This document shows, piece after piece, positions 8,578 to 16,762 of a stretch of 20,000 bases of DNA (position 1 is its first letter; the number at the start of each line of letters is the position of its first letter). A program made the position numbers and the translations under genes. A model generated the notes under the pieces. It saw only the letters and a list, made by a program, of their open reading frames with translations, did no database searches and was not told the origin of the DNA. The DNA comes from an uncultured virus (IMG/VR IMGVR_UViG_3300046003_003664) (taxonomy: Duplodnaviria > Heunggongvirae > Uroviricota > Caudoviricetes), in the IMG/VR virus record IMGVR_UViG_3300046003_003664; one strand, given 5' to 3'.

Positions 8578-9444
8578 ATGAAACTTGAAATAACTACAGA
8601 AGACTTACGAAAGTATTCCATATTCCTCGGCACTCCTATGTATGGAGGTAATTGCGCAGGTCTTTTTTGTAAATCTACAAATGATCTTTTTAAACTTTGT
8701 GCTACACATGGAATTGAGGTTAAAGAATATTTTCTTTTTAACGAGAGTTTAGTTCAACGTGCAAGAAATTATGTTGTTGATGAATTTTTGCGATCAGATT
8801 GTACACATTTGATGTTTGTTGATGCTGATATTGGATTTAATCCTAAAGATGTATTAATGCTATTAGCACTGCAAATATCAGATCCGGTAAAATATCAGAT
8901 TGTTACTGGTCCATATCCTAAGAAAACAATTGCATGGGAAAAAGTAAAATCTGCTGTTAAAAATGGCAAAGCAGAAAATCCTTCCGATCTTGCCTTTTAT
9001 TCTGCAGATTATGTATTTAATCCTGCAAGAGAAGTTCAATCATTTAAAATTGACGAGCCAGTTGAAGTTGCCGAAGGTGGTACTGGGTTTATGCTTATTC
9101 CTAGAACTGTGCTAGAAAAATATTCTGCAGCATATCCAGAGTATAGTTATAAACCAGACCATGTAAGATCTGAAAATTTTAACGGTGATAGAGAAATCAC
9201 TGCATTCTTTGATTGTGGAATTGATCCAGAAACAAAGCGGTATCTATCTGAGGATTATTTCTTCTGTAAAAATGCTCGTAAGATAGGTATTACAATTCAT
9301 ATGTGTCCATGGATGCAATTACAACATGTTGGAACTTATGTCTTCCGCGGCTCGATGGCAGCAATCGCATCTATTGGAGCGTCTCCTACAGCAGGAGCCG
9401 ATGCAAAAGCAAAGAAAAAGAATAAATTAGGGACAAGACCATGA
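8578..9444 (+). CDS. GT-A fold (GT2-like) glycosyltransferase of the type found in T4-like phages
   Basis: LGTPMYGG, ESLVQRARN, THLMFVDADIGF (DxD), GPYPKK, GTGFMLI, YLSEDYFFC, LQHVG. Confidence 0.82.
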   Translation: MKLEITTEDLRKYSIFLGTPMYGGNCAGLFCKSTNDLFKLCATHGIEVKEYFLFNESLVQRARNYVVDEFLRSDCTHLMFVDADIGFNPKDVLMLLALQISDPVKYQIVTGPYPKKTIAWEKVKSAVKNGKAENPSDLAFYSADYVFNPAREVQSFKIDEPVEVAEGGTGFMLIPRTVLEKYSAAYPEYSYKPDHVRSENFNGDREITAFFDCGIDPETKRYLSEDYFFCKNARKIGITIHMCPWMQLQHVGTYVFRGSMAAIASIGASPTAGADAKAKKKNKLGTRP

Positions 9445-9785
9445 CAGACTCATTTTTGACACAACTACGACAAAAGAATAATCAGCGCCAGACTATGTGG
9501 ACTGGCGCTGAAAATGTTGATATTTTATTTCGAGCAGTAGAATTTGCTGGTGAAGCGGGTGAACTTGCAAATGCCGTAAAGAAAGTTTATAGAGCACGGA
9601 ATGGGATTATCGGCAATAACAAAGACATTAATGATCTTATGGAAAATCTAGTCGAGGAAATTGGTGATGTTCTCATCACTATCGACTTGCTTGCAAATGA
9701 ATTTAACATCGACCTAGAGCAAGCGGTCAAGTCAAAGTTTAACAAAACATCCGAAAAAGTCAGTATTCCAGTATTTCTGGAGTAA
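9441..9785 (+). CDS. MazG-like NTP pyrophosphohydrolase
   Basis: AGEAGELANAVKK ... LVEEIGDVLI ... IDLEQAVKSKFNK. Confidence 0.88.
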   Translation: MTDSFLTQLRQKNNQRQTMWTGAENVDILFRAVEFAGEAGELANAVKKVYRARNGIIGNNKDINDLMENLVEEIGDVLITIDLLANEFNIDLEQAVKSKFNKTSEKVSIPVFLE

Positions 9786-9819
9786 TTTTGGTTGACTTTT
9801 TCCCACATTATGATATATT
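9786..9819 (+). promoter_or_regulatory. Sigma70-like promoter for the gp45-gp44-gp62-regA operon
   Basis: TTGACT (9792-9797), 16-bp spacer, TG-n-TATATT (9811-9819); same layout as 917-950. Confidence 0.6.
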
Positions 9820-9855
9820 CAATCTATTATATGACACTCATTGAAAGGAATTACT

Positions 9856-10518
9856 ATGAAATTTTCTGAACGCACACTCACAGTTCTCAAGAATTTTGCG
9901 ACAATTAACCCATCCATTATCTTTAAACCCGGCAAACAACTGCGCACTATCAGTCCACAAAAGACTGTAATGGCTATTGCAAATATTGAGGACGAGATTC
10001 CTTCAGAAGCCTGTGTTTATGACATGTCTCGTTTCCTATCTACTTATGGACTATTCGGTGAACCAGATGTTCAATTTGAAAGTAATCATTTCACGATGGC
10101 TCAAGGTAAAACAAAGACCCGATATTACTTTGCTGACAAATCTATGATTATCGCCCCGCCAGAAAAAGAAATCACTATTCCATCCAATGATGTTGAAGTT
10201 GAAATTGACTGGAATGATCTTCAATCTGTAATTAAAGCTGCTGGTGTTCTTCAACTACCAGAAGTTGCATTCGTTGGTGATGGCGATACTTGTTCACTGA
10301 AGGCAATCGACTCAAATAATACAACTGCTGATACTTTCGGTGTGGAACTTGGTTCCACTGGTGATAAATTTCAATTGATTATCAAGACTGAAAATCTGAA
10401 ACTAATTCCGCAGAAGTATAAGGTTACACTATGCTCAAAAGGTATTTCAAAGTTTGTATGTGATCAAGTTACATACTTCATTGCTATTGAATCCAAATCA
10501 ACATACAAGAAAGGCTAA
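9856..10518 (+). CDS. gp45: DNA polymerase sliding clamp
   Basis: MKFSERTLTVLKNFATINPSI, YDMSRFL, AAGVLQLP, ENLKLIP, YFIAIE. AAGGA RBS precedes ATG 9856; synteny with gp44 and gp62. Confidence 0.95.
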   Translation: MKFSERTLTVLKNFATINPSIIFKPGKQLRTISPQKTVMAIANIEDEIPSEACVYDMSRFLSTYGLFGEPDVQFESNHFTMAQGKTKTRYYFADKSMIIAPPEKEITIPSNDVEVEIDWNDLQSVIKAAGVLQLPEVAFVGDGDTCSLKAIDSNNTTADTFGVELGSTGDKFQLIIKTENLKLIPQKYKVTLCSKGISKFVCDQVTYFIAIESKSTYKKG

Positions 10519-10520
10519 TA

Positions 10521-10706
10521 ATGGAAACAAATATTAATTTAAGTGATATGATTACTATGGTAAATATCATTGATGCTTGCACAGAACGTGGGGCATTCAA
10601 AGGTAACGAGTTGATAACTGTAGGAACACTACGTGAAAAAATTGCAAATTTTGTTCGTGAAAATCAATCACAACAAGAACCTGTTACTAAGGAAAGTGCT
10701 GAATAA
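10521..10706 (+). CDS. Small hypothetical protein between gp45 and gp44
   Basis: 61 aa, IIDACTERGAFKGNEL; AAGG RBS; tight packing with gp45. Confidence 0.75.
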   Translation: METNINLSDMITMVNIIDACTERGAFKGNELITVGTLREKIANFVRENQSQQEPVTKESAE

Positions 10707-10715
10707 GCACTTTCC
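10691..10715 (+). other. Perfect 10-bp stem-loop overlapping the stop codon of the 61-aa ORF
   Basis: GGAAAGTGCT-GAATA-AGCACTTTCC; no U-tract follows. Confidence 0.6.
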
Positions 10716-10754
10716 CATATTCGTATTGAAATTTTTGAAAAGGAATACTATATA

Positions 10755-11705
10755 ATGTCTCTTGATGTGAAATCCGACGAACTTCTATGGGTTCAAAAGT
10801 ATCGTCCGCAAAAAGTCGATGATACAATTCTGCCTGTATTGACTAAAACTGCATTTCAGAAATTCATTAATACCAGCAACATTCCAAATCTTCTTCTTGC
10901 TGGTTCACCGGGAACTGGTAAAACAACCGCAGCAAAAGCAATGCTTGAAGAAATGGCTTGCGATTACATTATCATCAATGCTGCATTAAACCGCGGCATT
11001 GATACTGTTCGCAGTGAAATCTCAACCTTTGCATCTTCGATCTCTCTTACAGGTGGTCGCAAATACATCATCCTAGACGAAGCTGATTATCTTACTCCTG
11101 ATGCTCAAGCATCCATGCGTAACCTAATTGAAACCTTCTCTAAAAACTGTGGTTTTATCTTTACTTGTAACTTTAAAAATCGCATCATTGCTCCACTTCG
11201 TTCTCGTCTTTCTGAGGTTGACTTCGCGATTGAAAAAACCGAAAAACCAAAGCTTGCCGCACAATTTTTCAAGCGCACACTTGCAATTCTTAATTCTGAA
11301 AATGTTGACTATGAACCAAAAGTTGTGGCAAAAGTCATTGAAAAATATTTCCCAGACTTCCGCCGAATCCTAAATGAACTTCAAAAATATGCTGGTAACG
11401 GTCGTATTGATGAAGGCATCTTTGCTGACTTCAAACAAGAGTCTATTGATGAACTCTTTTTACTCTTGAAGGAGAAAAACTTCACCGGTATGCGTAAATG
11501 GTGTGCAGATAATTCTGACCAAGATGCAAATGAAATCTTCCGTAAAATCTATGACACTGCGTCTGACAAACTTGAATTGAAAAGTATGCCATCTTTTGTC
11601 GTGTCTCTTGCGGACTATATGTATAAATCTGCATTTGTCGCTGATCAAGAAATCAACCTTGTCGCTTTCCTTACTGAAATTATGATGGAAACGAGTTTCC
11701 GCTAA
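10755..11705 (+). CDS. gp44: Clamp loader large subunit (AAA+, RFC-like)
   Basis: LWVQKYRP, GSPGTGKTT (Walker A), ILDEAD (Walker B), PLRSR, FPDFRRILNELQ. Confidence 0.97.
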   Translation: MSLDVKSDELLWVQKYRPQKVDDTILPVLTKTAFQKFINTSNIPNLLLAGSPGTGKTTAAKAMLEEMACDYIIINAALNRGIDTVRSEISTFASSISLTGGRKYIILDEADYLTPDAQASMRNLIETFSKNCGFIFTCNFKNRIIAPLRSRLSEVDFAIEKTEKPKLAAQFFKRTLAILNSENVDYEPKVVAKVIEKYFPDFRRILNELQKYAGNGRIDEGIFADFKQESIDELFLLLKEKNFTGMRKWCADNSDQDANEIFRKIYDTASDKLELKSMPSFVVSLADYMYKSAFVADQEINLVAFLTEIMMETSFR

Positions 11706-11905
11706 TGCTATCCGGTCTGTTCAAGAAAAAAAATACAAATGTAACTTGTCACTTCTGCAAAATAGATATTGACAAAAGTGTTGCATTTGTGTTAAAATAT
11801 AAAGCAGCGGATGGAAGTGGGTCGATGAATGTTTGCACAGAATGTTCACATTATCTCAACAATATTATAGATACATGGGAAAGCCTCAATGAAAAAGACG
11901 ACTAA
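11705..11905 (+). CDS. Small putative zinc-binding protein
   Basis: 66 aa with CHFC...CTEC; overlaps the gp44 stop (TAATG) and the gp62 start. Confidence 0.65.
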   Translation: MLSGLFKKKNTNVTCHFCKIDIDKSVAFVLKYKAADGSGSMNVCTECSHYLNNIIDTWESLNEKDD

Positions 11906-12419
11906 AAAAACCGCAGTGGTCCAACAAAAACTTTCTGCTAGAGATGATGACTTCCAGGAATTTAACTATTTTGGTCTTGGTAAACCAGAAGAACTTGAGG
12001 AGATTGATCTTTCCGAACTCAAAGAGGAAAACATGACCTTCAAGTTTGTTGAAGCTGTCTCTAAATCCAAGAAGGATCTTATTAGAGATGCTGAAATCCC
12101 CGAGGAGATGGAACGGAAATACAATCCATACATTACCAATAAAGCATTTTCATTCTACATTGATACAATACTTCATGCAAATGAAATGAATGGTAAACAC
12201 TGGGTATTTAAAGATGCCCAATTCCGATATTATCTTGGTGCCCTGCGGCCTCGTTACCGGAAAGGTGAATGGTTTAAAGCTAAAAAGGACTCTGATCTAG
12301 ACAATATCCAACAAGTCTATCAATGTAATAGAACTGTCGCCAAACAATACTTGAAAGTACTTTCAAAGGAGAACCTTGAATTGATAAATAATAGGGTCTC
12401 CAAAGGAGGCAACTCATAG
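11889..12419 (+). CDS. gp62: Clamp loader small subunit
   Basis: YNPYITNKAFS, DTILHANEMN, QFRYYL, RPRYRKGEWFK; lies between gp44 and regA. Alternative start at 12033. Confidence 0.9.
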   Translation: MKKTTKKTAVVQQKLSARDDDFQEFNYFGLGKPEELEEIDLSELKEENMTFKFVEAVSKSKKDLIRDAEIPEEMERKYNPYITNKAFSFYIDTILHANEMNGKHWVFKDAQFRYYLGALRPRYRKGEWFKAKKDSDLDNIQQVYQCNRTVAKQYLKVLSKENLELINNRVSKGGNS

Positions 12420-12453
12420 TAATGAATAACAATAATAATAAAGGTGACCTTAT

Positions 12454-12858
12454 ATGGAAGACATTTTTCACGGTGTTGGAGTTGAAATAGAACTACCTAT
12501 ACCAGAGAATTTCTTAAAAGTAAAAGAAACTCTCACACGAATTGGAATTGCATCTAGAAAAGATAAGAAACTATATCAGTCTTGTCATATTTTACATAAA
12601 CAAGGCAGATATGTAATTCTTCACTTCAAAGAACTTTTCATCCTAGATGGCAAGGAAAATAACTTTACAGAAGAAGATAAAGGTAGACGAAACACTATTG
12701 TAAATCTACTTGAAGAATGGGATTTGGTCAAAGTACTAAATTCTGAAAAAGTTCAAGATCCCGTGGCACCATTAAGCCATATTAAGGTCTTATCGCATAA
12801 AGAAAAGAATCAATGGGAATTGACAAGTAAATATAATATCGGCAAAAAGAAAGGTTGA
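12454..12858 (+). CDS. regA: Translational repressor RegA
   Basis: FLKVKETLTRIGIAS, LYQSCHILHKQGRYVILHFKELF, RRNTIVNLLEEW, WELTSKYNIG. Confidence 0.97.
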   Translation: MEDIFHGVGVEIELPIPENFLKVKETLTRIGIASRKDKKLYQSCHILHKQGRYVILHFKELFILDGKENNFTEEDKGRRNTIVNLLEEWDLVKVLNSEKVQDPVAPLSHIKVLSHKEKNQWELTSKYNIGKKKG

Positions 12859-12865
12859 TTACATA

Positions 12866-13378
12866 ATGAAAATATTTCGTTTAAATGACGCAGCAGAACT
12901 ACCAGTTTTTGCAACAGAAGGTTCTGCTTGCTTTGATGTGAAAGTATGTCTTACCGCAGAAACAAGACTAAAAACCTACAGTCCACACAATAAAGAAATT
13001 ATTGTGCCTACAAAATTTGCATCAGACGGTCGTGCAGTAACTGTATTGCATCCGCAATTTCGTACACTAGTTCCAACTGGTCTGATTTTTGATATTCCAA
13101 AGAATCATGTACTCAAAGTATTCCCAAGATCAAGTATGGCAGTTAAATATGGCATAGGTCTTGCAAATTCCACTGGTATCATTGATTATGATTATGTTGA
13201 AGAACTATTCATCCCAATATATAACATGGGTGATACACCAGTCAGTATCTACCACGGCGATCGTATTGCGCAGGGTATGCTAGAAGAAATTAAACAATAC
13301 ACGCTCGTAGAACGGAAGAGCCGCCCTGAACAAAAGACAGAGCGTGTGGGTGGAATCGGCTCAACCGGCACTAACTAA
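12866..13378 (+). CDS. dut: Trimeric dUTPase
   Basis: GSACFD, LVPTGL, PRSSMA, NSTGIIDYDY, GDRIAQ, RVGGIGSTG. Confidence 0.95.
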   Translation: MKIFRLNDAAELPVFATEGSACFDVKVCLTAETRLKTYSPHNKEIIVPTKFASDGRAVTVLHPQFRTLVPTGLIFDIPKNHVLKVFPRSSMAVKYGIGLANSTGIIDYDYVEELFIPIYNMGDTPVSIYHGDRIAQGMLEEIKQYTLVERKSRPEQKTERVGGIGSTGTN

Positions 13379-13410
13379 CTTTATTTTACACATAGACACG
13401 GAGAAAACAA

Positions 13411-13656
13411 ATGAATAAGAACGGTTTTGAAATTCGTCTTGAAGTCCTCAAGATGGCAAAAGAAATGATGGATCAGCAGTATAGTGAAGCTTCCAATGCC
13501 TACTGGTCTGCCTGCTCAACTCTAGCAGAAAACTGGAATAAATCTGCTGCCGAACTAATTGAGCAGACTCAATCCATGAAGCCTGTTATGTATACACCTC
13601 AGGATATCATGACAAAGGCGCAAGAACTTTACGGATTTGTGGTCAAGAAAGACTAA
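13411..13656 (+). CDS. Small helical hypothetical protein
   Basis: GGAG RBS; 81 aa; KNGFEIRLEVLKMAKE...DIMTKAQELYGFV. Confidence 0.8.
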   Translation: MNKNGFEIRLEVLKMAKEMMDQQYSEASNAYWSACSTLAENWNKSAAELIEQTQSMKPVMYTPQDIMTKAQELYGFVVKKD

Positions 13657-13670
13657 TCATAATATAAATG

Positions 13671-13759
13671 AAGTGGGGATGCCTTATGGGTCCCCACTTT
13701 TAAACAGCCGGTTAGATGACGGCTATTACTAAAACTCGCTTAATAAGGAGAAACAAATG
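13671..13759 (+). promoter_or_regulatory. Structured 5' leader of hsp20, ROSE-like RNA thermometer candidate
   Basis: Three hairpins; the last pairs CTC-G-CTT (13735-13741) with the SD AAGGAG (13745-13750), leaving a bulged G. Confidence 0.65.
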
Positions 13760-14200
13760 ACTATTGAACAATTACTTCGTAACGATCCACTTTTTGTAGG
13801 TTTTGATCGTATTTTCGACCGCATGAATGCAGGAGCAAAACTTGCACCCATTCAAAAGTACCCACCATACAATATCGTAAAAACGGATGAGAATGATTAT
13901 CTCATCGAGCTAGCTGTTGCTGGTTTCGGTCCCAATGATATTGATATTGAGTTACACAACGGTGTTCTAACTATCACTGGCAATATAGAAACTTCATCTG
14001 AAGATAAGTATGTTTATAAGGGTATTGCAAATAGATCCTTTGAGAGACGATTCACTCTCGCCGATACAGTTCAAGTTGAGGGTGTTGATCTGAATCAAGG
14101 TATTCTTACAGTCAAACTGAAGAACGTAATACCAGAAGAAAAGAAACCTCGAAAAATTCCTATTGGTAAACCAACAGAGAAACAGTTACTTACTGAGTAA
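13757..14200 (+). CDS. hsp20: Small heat shock protein Hsp20 (IbpA-like)
   Basis: VGFDRIFD, YPPYNIVK, IELAVAGF, YKGIANRSFERRFTLAD, GILTVKL, PEEKKPRKIPI. Confidence 0.96.
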   Translation: MTIEQLLRNDPLFVGFDRIFDRMNAGAKLAPIQKYPPYNIVKTDENDYLIELAVAGFGPNDIDIELHNGVLTITGNIETSSEDKYVYKGIANRSFERRFTLADTVQVEGVDLNQGILTVKLKNVIPEEKKPRKIPIGKPTEKQLLTE

Positions 14201-14202
14201 CA

Positions 14203-14235
14203 AGAAGGGGAGCTTTTAGCTCCCCTTCTAATTTT
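14203..14235. terminator. Bidirectional intrinsic terminator between convergent transcription units
   Basis: AGAAGGGGAGCT-TTT-AGCTCCCCTTCT (12-bp stem), located between the hsp20 stop and the stop of the minus-strand 780-aa gene. Confidence 0.85.
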
Positions 14236-16576
14236 ACATAGCAGATCCGAAACTTAATTCGGAATCGGAATTCGACATGTTATTAATGTATGTCGGACCG
14301 CCAACATATGTTGCAGCTCTAGCATCAGTAGGAGCATATGTAGGTGCATTTATGCTAGCAGCTGCTTGTGCAGAAGCCGCCGTTCTTCTTTCAATTTCTG
14401 CTTCAAGTCTAGCACTTCGTTCCTGTTCTTGTTGTATTCTTGTACTAGTTTCTCTAATCGCGCCGTCCATCGGGATATTGCCTTGAGCACCTGTTAAATT
14501 AGATTCGGCAGTTGCCGATGCAGCACTCTGCTGCACATTTGGATTTACATTTGATTTTCCTAATACAAAGTTTACCTTTGCTATTGCATCAGCCATCTCA
14601 TCTAATTGAAGTGATGGGTTTAATAAACCTTTTGGAAAATTAATATCTTCTCCCCACCAACTGCCAGACCCTTCTACAGGACCGCCGTGGGCCAGCGCAT
14701 CCAAGAATGGAATTGCTCTACCTAAATCTATAGCTAATTGTTTAAAATCAAGATTAATTCCACTAATTTTAATATCTGCAAATTTACTTAAAGCAGACGT
14801 AATTTTTTCTAATGCTTCTCCGCCTTTTACCAAGCCATCCGCATTATCAGCAATTTTCATAATTTGATCAAATGCACTTTCGCCAGTAAAAAATGCAATA
14901 ATTGCTGCCCCAGCTTGCCCCAAACCACTAATTATAGAACCAACACCAAATGCTGCCAAGCCAGCAGAAACGGAAATTAGACCAGCACCAAGTCCTACTA
15001 AATCAATACCATCCAGTTCTTTTGCGGCGGCGACACCTTGGAACACATTAGTAAATAGTGCTTTTAATCCAGCACCTGGTTCACCACCAGTTCCCATTGC
15101 TATTAATTGAGTAATACCATCACCGACTGCAAGTGCTGACATAAAACCTGCTATACCAACACCAATTAAAGGTAGACCTACAGCTATGGTTGCCCCTCCG
15201 ACACCGGTCGCTGCGACTGCCATCAGTACACCAAGTGCTGTCATAGCTTCTGTACTTAACGATAAAATTATGTCATTAAACATTTTAAACGCAGAAACTA
15301 AACCTTCGCCACTTCCTGAAGGTATTCCATCAAGCCATGATAAGCCCTTATCTGCTAGAACAAGCCCACCCAAGAATCCTGCAATACCAGCACTAATACC
15401 AAACATATTTTTTGCAATAGTTGCAGGATTGATAGTAAATTTAGATGCAATACCTAGTAATCCTCCAAGTATAGCAACACTTTCTACAGAAAGACCTGTC
15501 ACAGAATCATTAAACAATTTAAATGCGCCATTTAAATCAGAACCATCTGTTCCAGATATTCCTGTAATCCAATCAAGACCTATATCTGTTAAAACAAGAC
15601 CACCTAAAAAGCCTGCAATACCAGCGCTAACTCCAAACATATTTTTGGCAGTCCTTTTTGGATCTGCATCAAATTTAGTTGCAACTGCTGCTAAACCACC
15701 CAGCACTAATAAACTTTCAGGTGAAAGACTTCCTACTGAATCACTGAACATTTTAAATACCGTGCTTAGACCAGAACCATCTGCCCCAGATATTCCTGTA
15801 ATCCAATCAAGACCTATATCTGTTAAAACAAGACCACCTAAAAAGCCTGCAATACCAGCAGCAACACCTGTCATATTTTTTGCTAAACTTTTTGCATCTC
15901 CGCCGAACGCTTGATTTGCTATAGCTATAGCAGCTACACCAGCAAATAAAGTCACTGCCCCAGTAGTAAGATTACCTATAGCTTCACTAAATGAAGCTAG
16001 CGCGCCGCCGACAGCAGAATAATCATTTCCAACCCAACTTAGTCCAATTTCACCAATAGAAAGACCTACTAAAAATCCACTAATGCCGGCGCCAAGTCCT
16101 GTCATCCCACTTGCAGTACCAAGACCATAAAGATTTTTAAGAGAAGCAGTTCCCGCCGCGATTGCCGCGGCGCCAGCTAATGCAGTCATTGCAGCTGGCG
16201 ATAGATTTTCCATTGCATCACTAAACGACGCAAACGCAGTACTTAGTCCGCTATAATCGTTGCCAAGCCAGTCTAATCCTACACTTCCTATTGAAAGCGC
16301 TGCCATAAATCCTGCTATGCCAGCACCCATACCTATGAGACCCCCGGCTCCGCTAGCAGCAGCACCTATACCAGCACCAACACCCGGCGCAGCTGCTTGA
16401 CCTATAGATTGTCCCTGAGCGGCCTGCGCGGCAGGAGAAACAATATCAGTACCAGTACTAGAAAGACGATCTCTAGTTGCTTGAGCAGTAAGCATATTGA
16501 CCAATAACGTTTTTTGATCAGTCATTGTCTTATCAATAGATTTTAAAACATCCTGGAGATCGTCTAATGTTGCCAT
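14234..16576 (-). CDS. Probable tape measure / baseplate hub protein (gp29-like) with ~78-aa Gly/Ala-rich repeats
   Basis: 780 aa, helical and hydrophobic, six GIAGF-type repeats; lies directly after the gp26 and gp51-like genes in a late tail operon. Confidence 0.65.
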   Translation of the reverse strand: MATLDDLQDVLKSIDKTMTDQKTLLVNMLTAQATRDRLSSTGTDIVSPAAQAAQGQSIGQAAAPGVGAGIGAAASGAGGLIGMGAGIAGFMAALSIGSVGLDWLGNDYSGLSTAFASFSDAMENLSPAAMTALAGAAAIAAGTASLKNLYGLGTASGMTGLGAGISGFLVGLSIGEIGLSWVGNDYSAVGGALASFSEAIGNLTTGAVTLFAGVAAIAIANQAFGGDAKSLAKNMTGVAAGIAGFLGGLVLTDIGLDWITGISGADGSGLSTVFKMFSDSVGSLSPESLLVLGGLAAVATKFDADPKRTAKNMFGVSAGIAGFLGGLVLTDIGLDWITGISGTDGSDLNGAFKLFNDSVTGLSVESVAILGGLLGIASKFTINPATIAKNMFGISAGIAGFLGGLVLADKGLSWLDGIPSGSGEGLVSAFKMFNDIILSLSTEAMTALGVLMAVAATGVGGATIAVGLPLIGVGIAGFMSALAVGDGITQLIAMGTGGEPGAGLKALFTNVFQGVAAAKELDGIDLVGLGAGLISVSAGLAAFGVGSIISGLGQAGAAIIAFFTGESAFDQIMKIADNADGLVKGGEALEKITSALSKFADIKISGINLDFKQLAIDLGRAIPFLDALAHGGPVEGSGSWWGEDINFPKGLLNPSLQLDEMADAIAKVNFVLGKSNVNPNVQQSAASATAESNLTGAQGNIPMDGAIRETSTRIQQEQERSARLEAEIERRTAASAQAAASINAPTYAPTDARAATYVGGPTYINNMSNSDSELSFGSAM
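15552..15859. repeat. 74-bp perfect direct repeat (15552-15625 and 15786-15859), 234-bp period
   Basis: CCAGATATTCCTGTAATCCAATCAAGACCTATATCTGTTAAAACAAGACCACCTAAAAAGCCTGCAATACCAGC occurs twice; it encodes AGIAGFLGGLVLTDIGLDWITGISG. Confidence 0.95.
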
Positions 16577-16762
16577 TTATCTAGTTCTTTCTTTCTCGTT
16601 TTGACTTTGAATATATTCAATTAACATATCAAAATATAAATCTCTTTCATATGGTAATAAATTTTCAATATCAGATATACTATATTTATGGTGTTGAGCC
16701 ATTCCAAATACTTTTTGGTAGTATACAAAAAGATTAGTGTGACTCGTGATTATATAAAAAAA
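16577..16762 (-). CDS. gp51-like baseplate hub assembly segment, absent from the ORF track; probably the -1 frame extension of gp26 (minimal ATG ORF 16577-16702, 41 aa)
   Basis: Reads FFYIITSHTNLFVYYQKVFGMAQHHKYSISDIENLLPYERDLYFDMLIEYIQSQNEKERTR*. QHHKYS..IEN..P.ER..Y is typical of the small ORF that follows gp26 in T4-like phages. Its stop abuts the tape-measure ATG. Confidence 0.8.
   Translation of the reverse strand, partial: FFYIITSHTNLFVYYQKVFGMAQHHKYSISDIENLLPYERDLYFDMLIEYIQSQNEKERTR

Noticed and set aside
15552..15859. Direct repeat considered as a CRISPR array, att site or DGR template/variable pair
   Set aside because: Only two copies, in frame inside a coding repeat, identical with no adenine-specific mismatches, and no cas, integrase or reverse transcriptase gene in the window.
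15186..15914. 242-aa plus-strand ORF with repeats
   Set aside because: Antisense shadow of the Gly/Ala-rich tape-measure-like gene; its repeats mirror that gene's repeats.
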